From: an uncultured Erysipelotrichaceae bacterium
GTDB lineage: Bacteria; Bacillota_I; Bacilli_A; Erysipelotrichales; Erysipelotrichaceae
NCBI GenBank assembly: GCA_942492995.1
Contig: OW818653.1
Location: forward strand, 1,860,001 to 1,892,000
Reading direction: 5' to 3'
Length of the DNA: 32,000 bases
Shown in pieces: positions 23,950 through 32,000 of this stretch; position 1 is the stretch's first letter, and the number at the start of each line of letters is the position of its first letter. The notes beneath the pieces are model-generated. The model did no database searches, was not told where the DNA came from, and worked only from the letters and a program-made list of their open reading frames with translations. Position numbers and translations under genes: made by a program.

Positions 23950-24200
23950 TGACAGAATTTATCTATGATACACAATTATTAATCGAAGGAAAAGAATTGT
24001 CTGATGATTCAATCATTCAATATATTACTGGGAACATAGAAGGTGATTGTTTACTTGTTGTTGGTGATGATGAACTCATAAAGATTCATTTCCATACAAA
24101 TACACCTTGGAAAGTAGTAGAATATGCGTCTAGTTTAGGTGAAGTCTTTGATGTCGTAATCGAAAATATGCGACGCCAAGAAAAAGGATTAAAAGGATAA
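23949..24200 (+). CDS. Small stand-alone protein resembling the central domain of FakA/YloV (DAK2-fusion) proteins
   Basis: GDCLLVVGDDELIKIHFHTNTPWKVVEYASSLGEVFDVVIENMRRQ matches the ...vkvHvHTn.P...ieNM..Q segment of FakA-type proteins as I recall it. TAATG overlap with the DJ-1 gene. Confidence 0.5.
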   Translation: MTEFIYDTQLLIEGKELSDDSIIQYITGNIEGDCLLVVGDDELIKIHFHTNTPWKVVEYASSLGEVFDVVIENMRRQEKGLKG

Positions 24201-24212
24201 ATCGTTCGAATT

Positions 24213-24244
24213 AAAACATATTCTATGCAGGGATATGTTTTTTT
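24213..24244 (+). terminator. Intrinsic terminator
   Basis: Stem AAAACATAT/ATATGTTTT with an 11-nt loop and a T run. TATAAT at 24247-24252 follows, serving the next gene. Confidence 0.5.
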
Positions 24245-24274
24245 ACTATAATAAACACATAAAAAGGATAAATA

Positions 24275-24595
24275 ATGCCAAGCAATCCAGACTATATCGA
24301 ATTTGTATGTGAACAGATAAGATCTACAGGCGATATCCGTTATCGTAAGATGTTCGGGGAGTACATGATTTATCTTAATGATAAACCTCTATTTTTAGTT
24401 TGCGATAATACTGTGTATGTAAAAATGTTTGAAGAGATAAAAGAACACATGCATGATGCCTCAAAAGGGTATCCTTATTCTGGTGCACGTGAACACTATA
24501 TTCTTGATATCGATAACCGAGATTTTTGTGAAACGATCATTCAAATCATTGAACCGTTATTACAATATCCTAAGCCAAAAAAGAAAAGACAATAA
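24275..24595 (+). CDS. TfoX N-terminal domain protein
   Basis: YRKMFGEYMIYLNDKPLFLVCDNTVYVK is the TfoX_N core pattern. 106 aa. Confidence 0.7.
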   Translation: MPSNPDYIEFVCEQIRSTGDIRYRKMFGEYMIYLNDKPLFLVCDNTVYVKMFEEIKEHMHDASKGYPYSGAREHYILDIDNRDFCETIIQIIEPLLQYPKPKKKRQ

Positions 24596-24732
24596 TATGA
24601 ATTTAAATTCATAAAATACAAGTTGGAATAATCTCTGAATAGAGGTATCATTGAATCTGGAATAAATCATTGTGAAGAAGTTATCAAATATAAGTAAACA
24701 ATAAAACGAATTGAAAATATGGTGGGATAACT

Positions 24733-27327
24733 ATGAATTACACAGATATTATCATTAACGCTATTTTACAAAATAACCAAGAAATTAGTTTTTTTATGTT
24801 AGATAAGTCGTATCAATATTTAAGATATAACGATATGCATGCTAAACATGTCCAATTAATATGGAATACAGATATATCAAAGATTAAATCAATATTGGAT
24901 TGTTATTGGGATAAGAAAAGCATGCTTGAATTTAAGAAGAAATTAGATCGTGTTTTAAGTGGTGAAAGTTTTACGCAAATCGATACACGAATTGTCCCAC
25001 AAGTAGATCATCCCTTATTTTTTGAAGTTAAATGGACGCCATTAATCGATAATAATCAAATTGAAGGAATTCTATGTATCTCAAAAGATATTACCGAAAC
25101 CATTATTGTTAAGAATGAATTACAACGTCACCAAACCATCTTTGAGGCATTCTTTAAACAAGGGATCAATGGTTCATTGATTGTGTTACTAGATGAACCT
25201 GTTGTGTGGAATGATCAAATAGATCAGAAAGAAGTTCTAGAGTTTATTATCGATAAACATCGTGTAATACGTGTTAATCAAGCGTATTTAAATCAGTACG
25301 GATATAAAGAAGATGAAATATTGAATCGTACCGCAAAAGAAATCTATCACGCTAATTTAAATATGATTCGTTCTTTTTGGTTGACGCTATTAAAAGATAA
25401 ACAGATTAATCGTGAGAAGAAACAACATCGTTTAAATGGAGAAGAATTCTGGGTTAAATCAGAATATCATTTATTCTTTGATGATTATGGCAGAATACTA
25501 GGATATTTTGGGTCCCAACAAGATATAACGGAATCGAAACGACATGAAGTAGAATCGTTATATGCGAACAAACGTCTTCAATACATTATCGAAAATGAGA
25601 GTACATCAATTGCGATATTTGATCAAAATATGAAGTACTTATACGTTAGTAAGAACTTTCTTAAGGACTACAATAAGTCAGATATAAAAGTAATCGGTAA
25701 ATCACATTACGAGATATTTCCACATCTTTTACCAGAGATAAAAGATGTCCATCAAAGGGCATTAAATGGAGAGATTGTTGTATCGAATAAATCGCGAATG
25801 GATTTAGATGATGGGACTTCACAATGGATACGTTGGGAATGTCGACCTTGGTATGAGAATGATAATTCAATTGGTGGTATTATTCTACATTCAGAGAATA
25901 TTAGTGAACGTGTCCAAATGGAAGATGAACTCAAGAAGCGTGAATATAGTTTAAGAGGGATGTTTGAACAAGCAGCAGTCGGTATGAGCTATGGTCCACA
26001 TAAACTCCTTACAAACGTGAATCAGAAGTATTGTGATATTGTTGGATATACGAAAGAAGAACTCGCTCAGTTAACGTATATGGATGTAACATATCCAGAC
26101 GATATTGAGAAAGATGCGATTTCATTTGAATCTTTAATTAACGGAGAGGTAAGTACCTATACAATTGAAAAACGATTAGTTCGTAAAGATAAATCAATTG
26201 TTTGGATAAACTTAACGGTATCTCTTGTCCCTCAATCTGAAGGTGACTTCTATGTATTAGCTGTTATTGAAGATATCAATGAGCGTAAGAATGCGGAATT
26301 AAGCATGCACTTTTTAAATTACCACGATCAACTAACGGGTTGTTACAACAGAAGATACTATGAAGAACATGTACATAGAATGGATATGTCAAGTTCGTAT
26401 CCGTTAAGTCTAGTTATGATTGATGCGGATGGATTGAAGTTAGTAAACGACGCATTAGGTCATTTGTATGGGGATAAACTGTTAGTATCAGTTGCGAATA
26501 CAATCGTAGAAGTGGTTGAGAATCTTGGGAAAGTATGTCGTATTGGTGGGGATGAATTTATCATCACTTTGCCTAATACAACGTATGAGCAAGGTGTTGA
26601 ACTTATCCACAAAATAAATGACGCATTACTCAATGTGTCTGTAAAAGACTTTAAAATTACGGTCTCATGTGGATGTGCCACAAAGACAAATCCTTCGCAA
26701 TCCATCATGGATATTTTCTCGCAAGCTGAAGATATAATGTATCGTGAAAAACTGATTAATAGCCAAATAACCATTCAAAAAACATTGGATCAAGTATTAG
26801 CTGTTTTATTTGAACGAAGTGCATTTGAGAAATCACATGCGCAGAATGTATTGAATTATTGTGTAAAAATGGCAGATGCACTACATTACTCAAACGCAGA
26901 AAAAGAATTGTTAATGAAGGCTGCGTATATTCATGATATTGGTAAGATTGGCTTAGATGCGAATGTTATCAATAAAAAGGGAAGTCTCACAAAAGATGAA
27001 CTTAAAGAAGTTAAACGTCACTCAGAAGTAGGTTATCGAATCTTAAATTCATCCAATCATTTCTCGGATATATCAATGATTATCCTAGCTCACCATGAAC
27101 GTTGGGATGGCAAAGGTTATCCTAAAGGATTGAAAGGTAAAGAAATACCTGAATATGCACGAATCATATCCATTGCGGAGACCTATGATGTGTTGATATC
27201 ACATGAGTCATATAAAGATAGATTAAGTAAATCAGATGCGTTTAATGAACTATTAAATGAATCAGGATCGCAGTTTGATCCAGAATTGGTGATAAAATTT
27301 GTAGAGACGATAGGAAAGGCGACTTAA
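24733..27327 (+). CDS. Multi-PAS diguanylate cyclase / HD-GYP phosphodiesterase fusion protein
   Basis: About four PAS-like repeats, then GGDEF (YNRRY..., VCRIGGDEFIITL), then HD-GYP (YIHDIGKIG, HHERWDGKGYPKGL). Confidence 0.85.
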   Translation: MNYTDIIINAILQNNQEISFFMLDKSYQYLRYNDMHAKHVQLIWNTDISKIKSILDCYWDKKSMLEFKKKLDRVLSGESFTQIDTRIVPQVDHPLFFEVKWTPLIDNNQIEGILCISKDITETIIVKNELQRHQTIFEAFFKQGINGSLIVLLDEPVVWNDQIDQKEVLEFIIDKHRVIRVNQAYLNQYGYKEDEILNRTAKEIYHANLNMIRSFWLTLLKDKQINREKKQHRLNGEEFWVKSEYHLFFDDYGRILGYFGSQQDITESKRHEVESLYANKRLQYIIENESTSIAIFDQNMKYLYVSKNFLKDYNKSDIKVIGKSHYEIFPHLLPEIKDVHQRALNGEIVVSNKSRMDLDDGTSQWIRWECRPWYENDNSIGGIILHSENISERVQMEDELKKREYSLRGMFEQAAVGMSYGPHKLLTNVNQKYCDIVGYTKEELAQLTYMDVTYPDDIEKDAISFESLINGEVSTYTIEKRLVRKDKSIVWINLTVSLVPQSEGDFYVLAVIEDINERKNAELSMHFLNYHDQLTGCYNRRYYEEHVHRMDMSSSYPLSLVMIDADGLKLVNDALGHLYGDKLLVSVANTIVEVVENLGKVCRIGGDEFIITLPNTTYEQGVELIHKINDALLNVSVKDFKITVSCGCATKTNPSQSIMDIFSQAEDIMYREKLINSQITIQKTLDQVLAVLFERSAFEKSHAQNVLNYCVKMADALHYSNAEKELLMKAAYIHDIGKIGLDANVINKKGSLTKDELKEVKRHSEVGYRILNSSNHFSDISMIILAHHERWDGKGYPKGLKGKEIPEYARIISIAETYDVLISHESYKDRLSKSDAFNELLNESGSQFDPELVIKFVETIGKAT

Positions 27328-27338
27328 TTGTCGCCTTT
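27315..27338. terminator. Hairpin shared by two convergent genes, with both stop codons in its loop
   Basis: Stem AAAGGCGAC/GTCGCCTTT with loop TTAATT. The loop contains TAA of the plus gene (27325-27327) and TAA of the minus gene (27326-27324). Confidence 0.5.
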
Positions 27339-28487
27339 TGTGTCCCATTGTAAGAGTCTTCTTTGACCCTGTAAACTACGTATTTCACTTACTTCTTGTG
27401 ATATCTCTAATACACCTTTATAAACACCATTCGCATCTCTAAGCGCAACGTAACGGATGTATAAGAACTTACCACGCATCTCAATCCAGAAGTTCGCTTC
27501 AGATTGTTCATTCTTTCTAAATGCCTCAATGATTTCATTCACCACATCAACACTTTCGGCAGGATGACAATTACGTACATCACGTCCGATTACAGAGGAT
27601 GAACGAGGAAAAATACGATCTTTTGGTCGATTGAAGTAACGAACTTTATTATGTTCATCGACGTAGGTACAATCGATTGGTAAAGCATCTAAGAATAAGG
27701 ATAGTTGTTCAAAACTTAATTCACCGGTTTCAGTTGAAAAGAATGCTTGTCCCAACGGTTTTACTTTGTGTTCCTTCTGAATCGGTGTATCAATCCATAC
27801 AAACCCATATTCAAAACTCTGATGTCGCATTTCATCTAACTCTTCGATTGTACAAATTGAACTCGCTAATTGATATAGAATCATTTCTTCTTTTTGGATT
27901 AACCCAAACGCTTTAAAGAAGTAATCTCCCAATACTTTACTAATTTCAATCTTCTCTTTATTTAGTGTCAAACTCTCGATTGTAGCTTTTAGTTGTTTAC
28001 GGGTTAAATCTTGTAAAGACCACATAATACTAACTGCAGAATATTGAGGTCCTTTTTTCTCTAAATATGGGAATAGAATGTTTTGAATCTTCGTATAATG
28101 AAGTGTAAATGTTTCAAGCTCTTCGAATAATGGGATTAAATCTTGGTTAAACGATCCTTTTGAATCAATTAAAATCGATTTGATCTGATTCAAACGAAAC
28201 TCTAACGCTCTATTCTCTTGGGATAAATGATCTAAGAAAGAATCTTCTAATAGATTAACCTTTTTTAAGGCGAGTGATTGAGAAAAAACATGAACCAATT
28301 TATCAAGATAACGTAATATATCCTTCGGTTGATGTCCTTCTTTTAATAACGCATCAAATAAGATAAACAATTCTTCATGATTAACACTCAGTATGTCTGA
28401 CTCATACAGTTTATACATTGTCAAAGTAGATTGATTGTCTTCAATGGCTTTAATATAATCAAGTAAACGTCTGAGTTTATCATTCAT
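27324..28487 (-). CDS. DUF438-type sensor protein with C-terminal PAS domain
   Basis: The C-terminal block VRYFNRPKDRIFPRSSSVIGRDVRNCHPAESV...FWIEMRGKFLYIRYVALRD...GVLEISQEV matches the PAS segment of DUF438 proteins. Starts 2 nt after the pepT stop. Confidence 0.6.
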   Translation of the reverse strand: MNDKLRRLLDYIKAIEDNQSTLTMYKLYESDILSVNHEELFILFDALLKEGHQPKDILRYLDKLVHVFSQSLALKKVNLLEDSFLDHLSQENRALEFRLNQIKSILIDSKGSFNQDLIPLFEELETFTLHYTKIQNILFPYLEKKGPQYSAVSIMWSLQDLTRKQLKATIESLTLNKEKIEISKVLGDYFFKAFGLIQKEEMILYQLASSICTIEELDEMRHQSFEYGFVWIDTPIQKEHKVKPLGQAFFSTETGELSFEQLSLFLDALPIDCTYVDEHNKVRYFNRPKDRIFPRSSSVIGRDVRNCHPAESVDVVNEIIEAFRKNEQSEANFWIEMRGKFLYIRYVALRDANGVYKGVLEISQEVSEIRSLQGQRRLLQWDTKGDN

Positions 28488-28489
28488 AA

Positions 28490-29716
28490 TTAGATACTCG
28501 CATTCAATCGAGCAATTTCAATAATTACTTCGACTGCTTTCTTCATATCATCAAGTGACGCAAATTCGAATGGTCCATGATAATTTTCTGCACCGGTAAA
28601 AATATTTGGCGTTGGAATGCCCATGAACGATATTTTTGAACCATCTGTTCCACCACGAATCGGTTGGATGACAGGTGTGATTTCTAAGTTGATCATCGCT
28701 TGTTTCGCAAGTTCAACGGGTTTCATATCTTTTTCGATGACTTCTTTCATATTGTAGTAAGAATCACTTAAGGTTAGTGTAAATCGTTCTGCTTTATATT
28801 TATTGTTTAAATAATTCACATTATCAATAAAGGTTTGTTTACGAGCTAAGAACTTCTCTTTATCGTGATCACGAATGATATACGTCATAGTACCATTTTC
28901 AATCTCAGTCTTCATATCGTGTAAGAGATAGAATCCTTCATATTTCTCTGTGTGTTCAGGAACTTCATTTTGCGGAAGTAATGCGTCAAATTCCATCGCT
29001 AGTTTCGCACAGTTAATTAATTTATTCTTAGCCGTTCCAGGATGTACTGAAACACCATGAAGTTGAACAACAGCTTTCGCCGCATTGAAGCTTTCATATT
29101 CTAATTCACCTAAACGACTACCATCTAAAGTATACGCAAACTTCGCTCTAAACGCTGGCGCATCAAAATGATTCGCTCCTCGACCAATTTCTTCATCTGG
29201 TCCAAACGCAATACGAATCTCACCATGTTTGATTTCTGGGTGTGCAAGTAAATAAATCATTGCGTCCACAATCTCAACCAAACCAGCTTTATCATCGGCT
29301 CCTAACAAAGTTGTACCATCAGTTGTGATTAATGTATGTCCAACATAATTCTTTAGATTAGGAAACGTTGTAGTATCCAAAGTACGATTCAATGATTGAT
29401 TTAATACAATATTAGATCCATCATAGTTTTCTATAATTTGAGGTTGAATATTCTCTGAATTAAAATCCGCAGTATCAAAGTGCGCAATAAATCCAATCGT
29501 ATCTACACTGTAATCAATATTACTTGGAAGTGTTGCTGTCACAAAACCATTCTTAAGGTTATGTTCAACTTCACTTAAGCCTAATTCTATTAACTCATTC
29601 TTTAACATTCTCCCAAATTCAATTTGTGATTGAGTCGATGGAATGGTTGGGCTTTTCTCATCTGATCGCGTATTGATTTTACAATATCGCACAAAACGTT
29701 CTAATAGTGTTTCCAT
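28490..29716 (-). CDS. pepT: Peptidase T (tripeptide aminopeptidase, M20B)
   Basis: LLERFVRYCKINTRSDE..., ...AHFDTADF..., ...GADDKAG..., ...GPDEEIG..., ...IRGGTDGS... 408 aa. Confidence 0.9.
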   Translation of the reverse strand: METLLERFVRYCKINTRSDEKSPTIPSTQSQIEFGRMLKNELIELGLSEVEHNLKNGFVTATLPSNIDYSVDTIGFIAHFDTADFNSENIQPQIIENYDGSNIVLNQSLNRTLDTTTFPNLKNYVGHTLITTDGTTLLGADDKAGLVEIVDAMIYLLAHPEIKHGEIRIAFGPDEEIGRGANHFDAPAFRAKFAYTLDGSRLGELEYESFNAAKAVVQLHGVSVHPGTAKNKLINCAKLAMEFDALLPQNEVPEHTEKYEGFYLLHDMKTEIENGTMTYIIRDHDKEKFLARKQTFIDNVNYLNNKYKAERFTLTLSDSYYNMKEVIEKDMKPVELAKQAMINLEITPVIQPIRGGTDGSKISFMGIPTPNIFTGAENYHGPFEFASLDDMKKAVEVIIEIARLNASI

Positions 29717-29797
29717 TTTTTTCTCTTTTCTAATAAAAATATTATACTGTATATTTCGTTTTATGTTATAGTGCTAAATAAGGTTTGAGGTAATCGC

Positions 29798-30445
29798 GTG
29801 AAAGAAAAGAAATTCTTTGTTCATCTTGTATTAACATTAATCGCAATTGCGACAATTGGATTCGGTATGTCCTTAATTATTAAGGCAAATTTAGGTCAAA
29901 GTACCGTCTCTGGATTTACCAATGCGTTAGCACATGTGATGAACATTAAAGCAGGCACAGTTTTGATTTATTTTAATTTAGTATGTTTTGCGTTTGAACT
30001 TCTTCTGTTAGGAAAGAAAGCGAAATTTATCCTCATTTTACAACCCCTCTTAAGTTTTGTGTTTGGGTATGTGGTTAACTTTTTCTTGTATGATTTTAGC
30101 TATCTTGCGAATTTAGTCTTTAGTAACTATGCCTTCCAGTTAGTTGGATTATTAGGTGGAATCATATTAATGTCACTGGGCGTTAGTTTAATGATGAGTG
30201 TAAAACTTGTTGTACTACCGTACGATGCGTTTATTGTCGTGTTCTCGGATCATTATAAAATACCATTCGTACGAGTTAGAACCGGTGCAGATTTCATTTT
30301 TGTACTATCATCACTTGTAATGGCTTGGGCATTTACGCTAAACTATGCGCCAGTTCGTGAAGGTACGGTTATATTTGCTTTAACAGTAGGTAGTTTAATC
30401 GGCTATTTCTCTAAATATTGGAAACATTTATTAAAAGTAATCTAA
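29798..30445 (+). CDS. YczE/YitT-like integral membrane protein
   Basis: GTG start 7 nt after GAGG. Six hydrophobic segments; N-terminal GFGMSLIIKANLGQSTVSGF pattern. Confidence 0.5.
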   Translation: MKEKKFFVHLVLTLIAIATIGFGMSLIIKANLGQSTVSGFTNALAHVMNIKAGTVLIYFNLVCFAFELLLLGKKAKFILILQPLLSFVFGYVVNFFLYDFSYLANLVFSNYAFQLVGLLGGIILMSLGVSLMMSVKLVVLPYDAFIVVFSDHYKIPFVRVRTGADFIFVLSSLVMAWAFTLNYAPVREGTVIFALTVGSLIGYFSKYWKHLLKVI

Positions 30446-30512
30446 ACAAGTGAAAACTTGTTTTTTATTGTCTGAATTTCACAATCGTTGTACAATAAAC
30501 GCGAGGCAAACT

Positions 30513-31490
30513 ATGGAGACTCCTAAGAATAAGTTAAAACTTCTTGAAATACGTGATTTATTGTTGCGTGAAACAGATGATAAACATTCTCTATCGGTCC
30601 AACAAATAATTGATTACTTAGCGTCCAAAGGGATTAAGAGTGAACGCAAAAGTATTTATCATTATATGGAATTATTAGAGGAGTATGGATTAGATATTAT
30701 CACTCTAAAAGATAAACAGAATTGGTATTCCATAGCGAATCGAGATTTTCAATTGGCTGAGTTAAAACTATTGGTCGATGCGATTAAATTCTCTAAGTTT
30801 ATTACCAAACAAAAAAGTGTTGAATTGATCGATAAGATTAAAGGCTTAACAAGTGTTCATGAAGCGCAACTCTTACAACGTGATGATTTAGTTACGGGAC
30901 GTTTAAAAACGCGTAATACCTCGATTTATTTGAATGTGGATGCGATTCATGATGCGATACTAGGTAAACGTAAACTACGCTTTAAGTATTTCGATTATGA
31001 TGTGAATAAACAGATTAAATATCGTAAGAATGGGGAATACTATCAAGTCAATCCAGTCTTCTTATGTTGGGATGATGAAAAGTATTACTGTGTCTGTTAC
31101 CACGAACAACACGATGATTATGTCGTGTATCGCGTTGATAAAATGCGTGAAGTAAGTGTATTAAATGTGACACATAACTATGCACAGAAACCAGATGATA
31201 TGGAAAAATTCTGTGATCAACTCTTTAATATGTTTACAGGCGTCGAAAAAAGAGTTACCATACGGTTTGACCAAGAACTATTAAACGTCGTATTAGATCG
31301 CTTTGGAATGGATGTGAAGATTAATGTGATAGATGATCGTTGGTTTGAAATAACTGAAACAGTTTATGTAAGTCCAACATTCTTATCTTGGGTCATACAG
31401 TTCCAAGATAAGGCAAAGATTATAGAACCCATTGAAGTAATGCATGAGATTAAAACTCTACTAGAAAAAACACTAAAGAACTATGAATAA
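30513..31490 (+). CDS. wHTH-WYL domain transcriptional regulator (BrxR/CapW/PafBC-like architecture)
   Basis: GAGG RBS before ATG 30513. N-terminal wHTH (LSVQQIIDYLASKGIKSERKSIYHYMELL), central WYL-type core (KLRFKYFDY...YYQVNPVFLCWDDEKYYCVCY...VYRVDKM), C-terminal extension. Confidence 0.75.
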   Translation: METPKNKLKLLEIRDLLLRETDDKHSLSVQQIIDYLASKGIKSERKSIYHYMELLEEYGLDIITLKDKQNWYSIANRDFQLAELKLLVDAIKFSKFITKQKSVELIDKIKGLTSVHEAQLLQRDDLVTGRLKTRNTSIYLNVDAIHDAILGKRKLRFKYFDYDVNKQIKYRKNGEYYQVNPVFLCWDDEKYYCVCYHEQHDDYVVYRVDKMREVSVLNVTHNYAQKPDDMEKFCDQLFNMFTGVEKRVTIRFDQELLNVVLDRFGMDVKINVIDDRWFEITETVYVSPTFLSWVIQFQDKAKIIEPIEVMHEIKTLLEKTLKNYE

Positions 31491-32000
31491 ATCAAGCCAA
31501 AACAAACAATTAGCCATTAACTATAGTGTCCTTAAACGCTTAGTTCAAAACGATACACTTGTTAACTCAAGAATCAATAAAGAAAATATTCAAGAACTAC
31601 TCGATGTGCAGAAGTTCTATGAAACATACTTTGAAAGTACGAAATTTGTACAATATTTTCCACAAGTATGTCAGCTTATTAAACGTGAAACAGAAACCGC
31701 ATTTGCGCGTTTGAAACAACGTGTTTTTATTGTGCATAAATACGATGAAGAATATCCAAAGGCAATCTTACAAGACTTAAAAGATGAAGCACCTTTATTC
31801 TTATATCTATGTGGTGATAATTCATTGTTAGATCGTAAAGTTAAACGTGTATCTGTTGTCACTACCATCAATCGTGAAGATACATTTATTGAAGAATGTA
31901 AAACGATATGTGATAAGTTTATCGATTCACCGTTTACGATATTACTTCAAAATCGTAGTGTAGTGGATCATGTTATATACGAACAATTAAAAGAAAAGAA
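31483..32000 (+). CDS. Diverged DprA/Smf-like (SLOG-type Rossmann) protein, 3' end beyond window
   Basis: The ATG at 31483 overlaps the WYL gene stop by 8 nt (ATGAATAA); open to the window end, so it is absent from the ORF track. ...YDEEYPKAILQDLKDEAPLFLYLCGDNSLLDRKVKRVSVVTTINRED...FTILLQNRSVVDHV is colinear with DprA (YP..L....D.P..L...G....L, vaVVGSR, SGLA.GID.AH), but the GSR and SGLAxGID motifs are replaced. Confidence 0.55.
   Translation, partial: MNKSSQNKQLAINYSVLKRLVQNDTLVNSRINKENIQELLDVQKFYETYFESTKFVQYFPQVCQLIKRETETAFARLKQRVFIVHKYDEEYPKAILQDLKDEAPLFLYLCGDNSLLDRKVKRVSVVTTINREDTFIEECKTICDKFIDSPFTILLQNRSVVDHVIYEQLKEK

Noticed and set aside
31671-31871. Track ORF 31671-31871(-).
   Set aside because: It is antisense to the longer open frame 31483-32000(+), which has DprA-like colinearity and translational coupling to the WYL gene.
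1-32000. CRISPR arrays, IS elements, long inverted or direct repeats, rRNA genes.
   Set aside because: Scanning by eye found no regularly spaced repeats, transposase-like ORFs or rRNA-like sequence. The only repeated genes are the two trkA paralogues.

Overview
AT-rich chromosomal segment read in the standard genetic code; the gene content looks like a low-GC Bacillota (Erysipelotrichia/Bacilli-like) genome. I saw no integrase, transposase, IS end, CRISPR array or prophage structural gene. About 35 protein genes can be supported.

Left to right:
- An SDR epimerase gene broken by one in-frame TGA.
- A PPC/DUF296 gene, then tRNA-Thr(CGU).
- An RDD membrane protein, then a cellobiose-type PTS EIIC with a cre box and a separately transcribed EIIB-like gene lacking the catalytic Cys.
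- Glycerate kinase, then a DUF2804 gene broken by one in-frame TAA.
- An orphan Phd/YefM-like antitoxin divergent from an eRF1/Pelota-like (baeRF-type) protein.
- A permuted papain-fold protein, a YhhN membrane protein, an M20 amidohydrolase and a Na/Pi-cotransporter/PhoU fusion.
- A K+ module: N-terminally truncated KdpD-like kinase, KdpE-like regulator, TTTATAC direct repeats, TPR protein, two TrkA/RCK paralogues, an unannotated 30-codon membrane ORF, TrkH, and a membrane-anchored OB-fold protein.
- glmS with its ribozyme leader, then tRNA-Arg(CCU) and tRNA-Leu(GAG).
- A two-gene cassette of unknown function.
- PatB/MalY C-S lyase, a DJ-1/PfpI protein, a small FakA-central-domain-like protein and a TfoX-N protein.
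- A 4xPAS-GGDEF-HD-GYP enzyme convergent with a pepT-DUF438/PAS operon.
- A YczE-like membrane protein.
- At the right edge, a wHTH-WYL regulator translationally coupled to a strongly diverged DprA/Smf-like (SLOG-type) gene that runs off the window.

Best candidates for something undescribed:
- the WYL + degenerate DprA-like pair, probably the start of a larger cassette;
- the baeRF-like/antitoxin pair;
- the Kdp-type two-component system apparently wired to a Trk operon with two unannotated accessory membrane proteins;
- the tRNA-adjacent orphan gene pair.

All family assignments come from motif recognition by eye and need HMM or structure confirmation.
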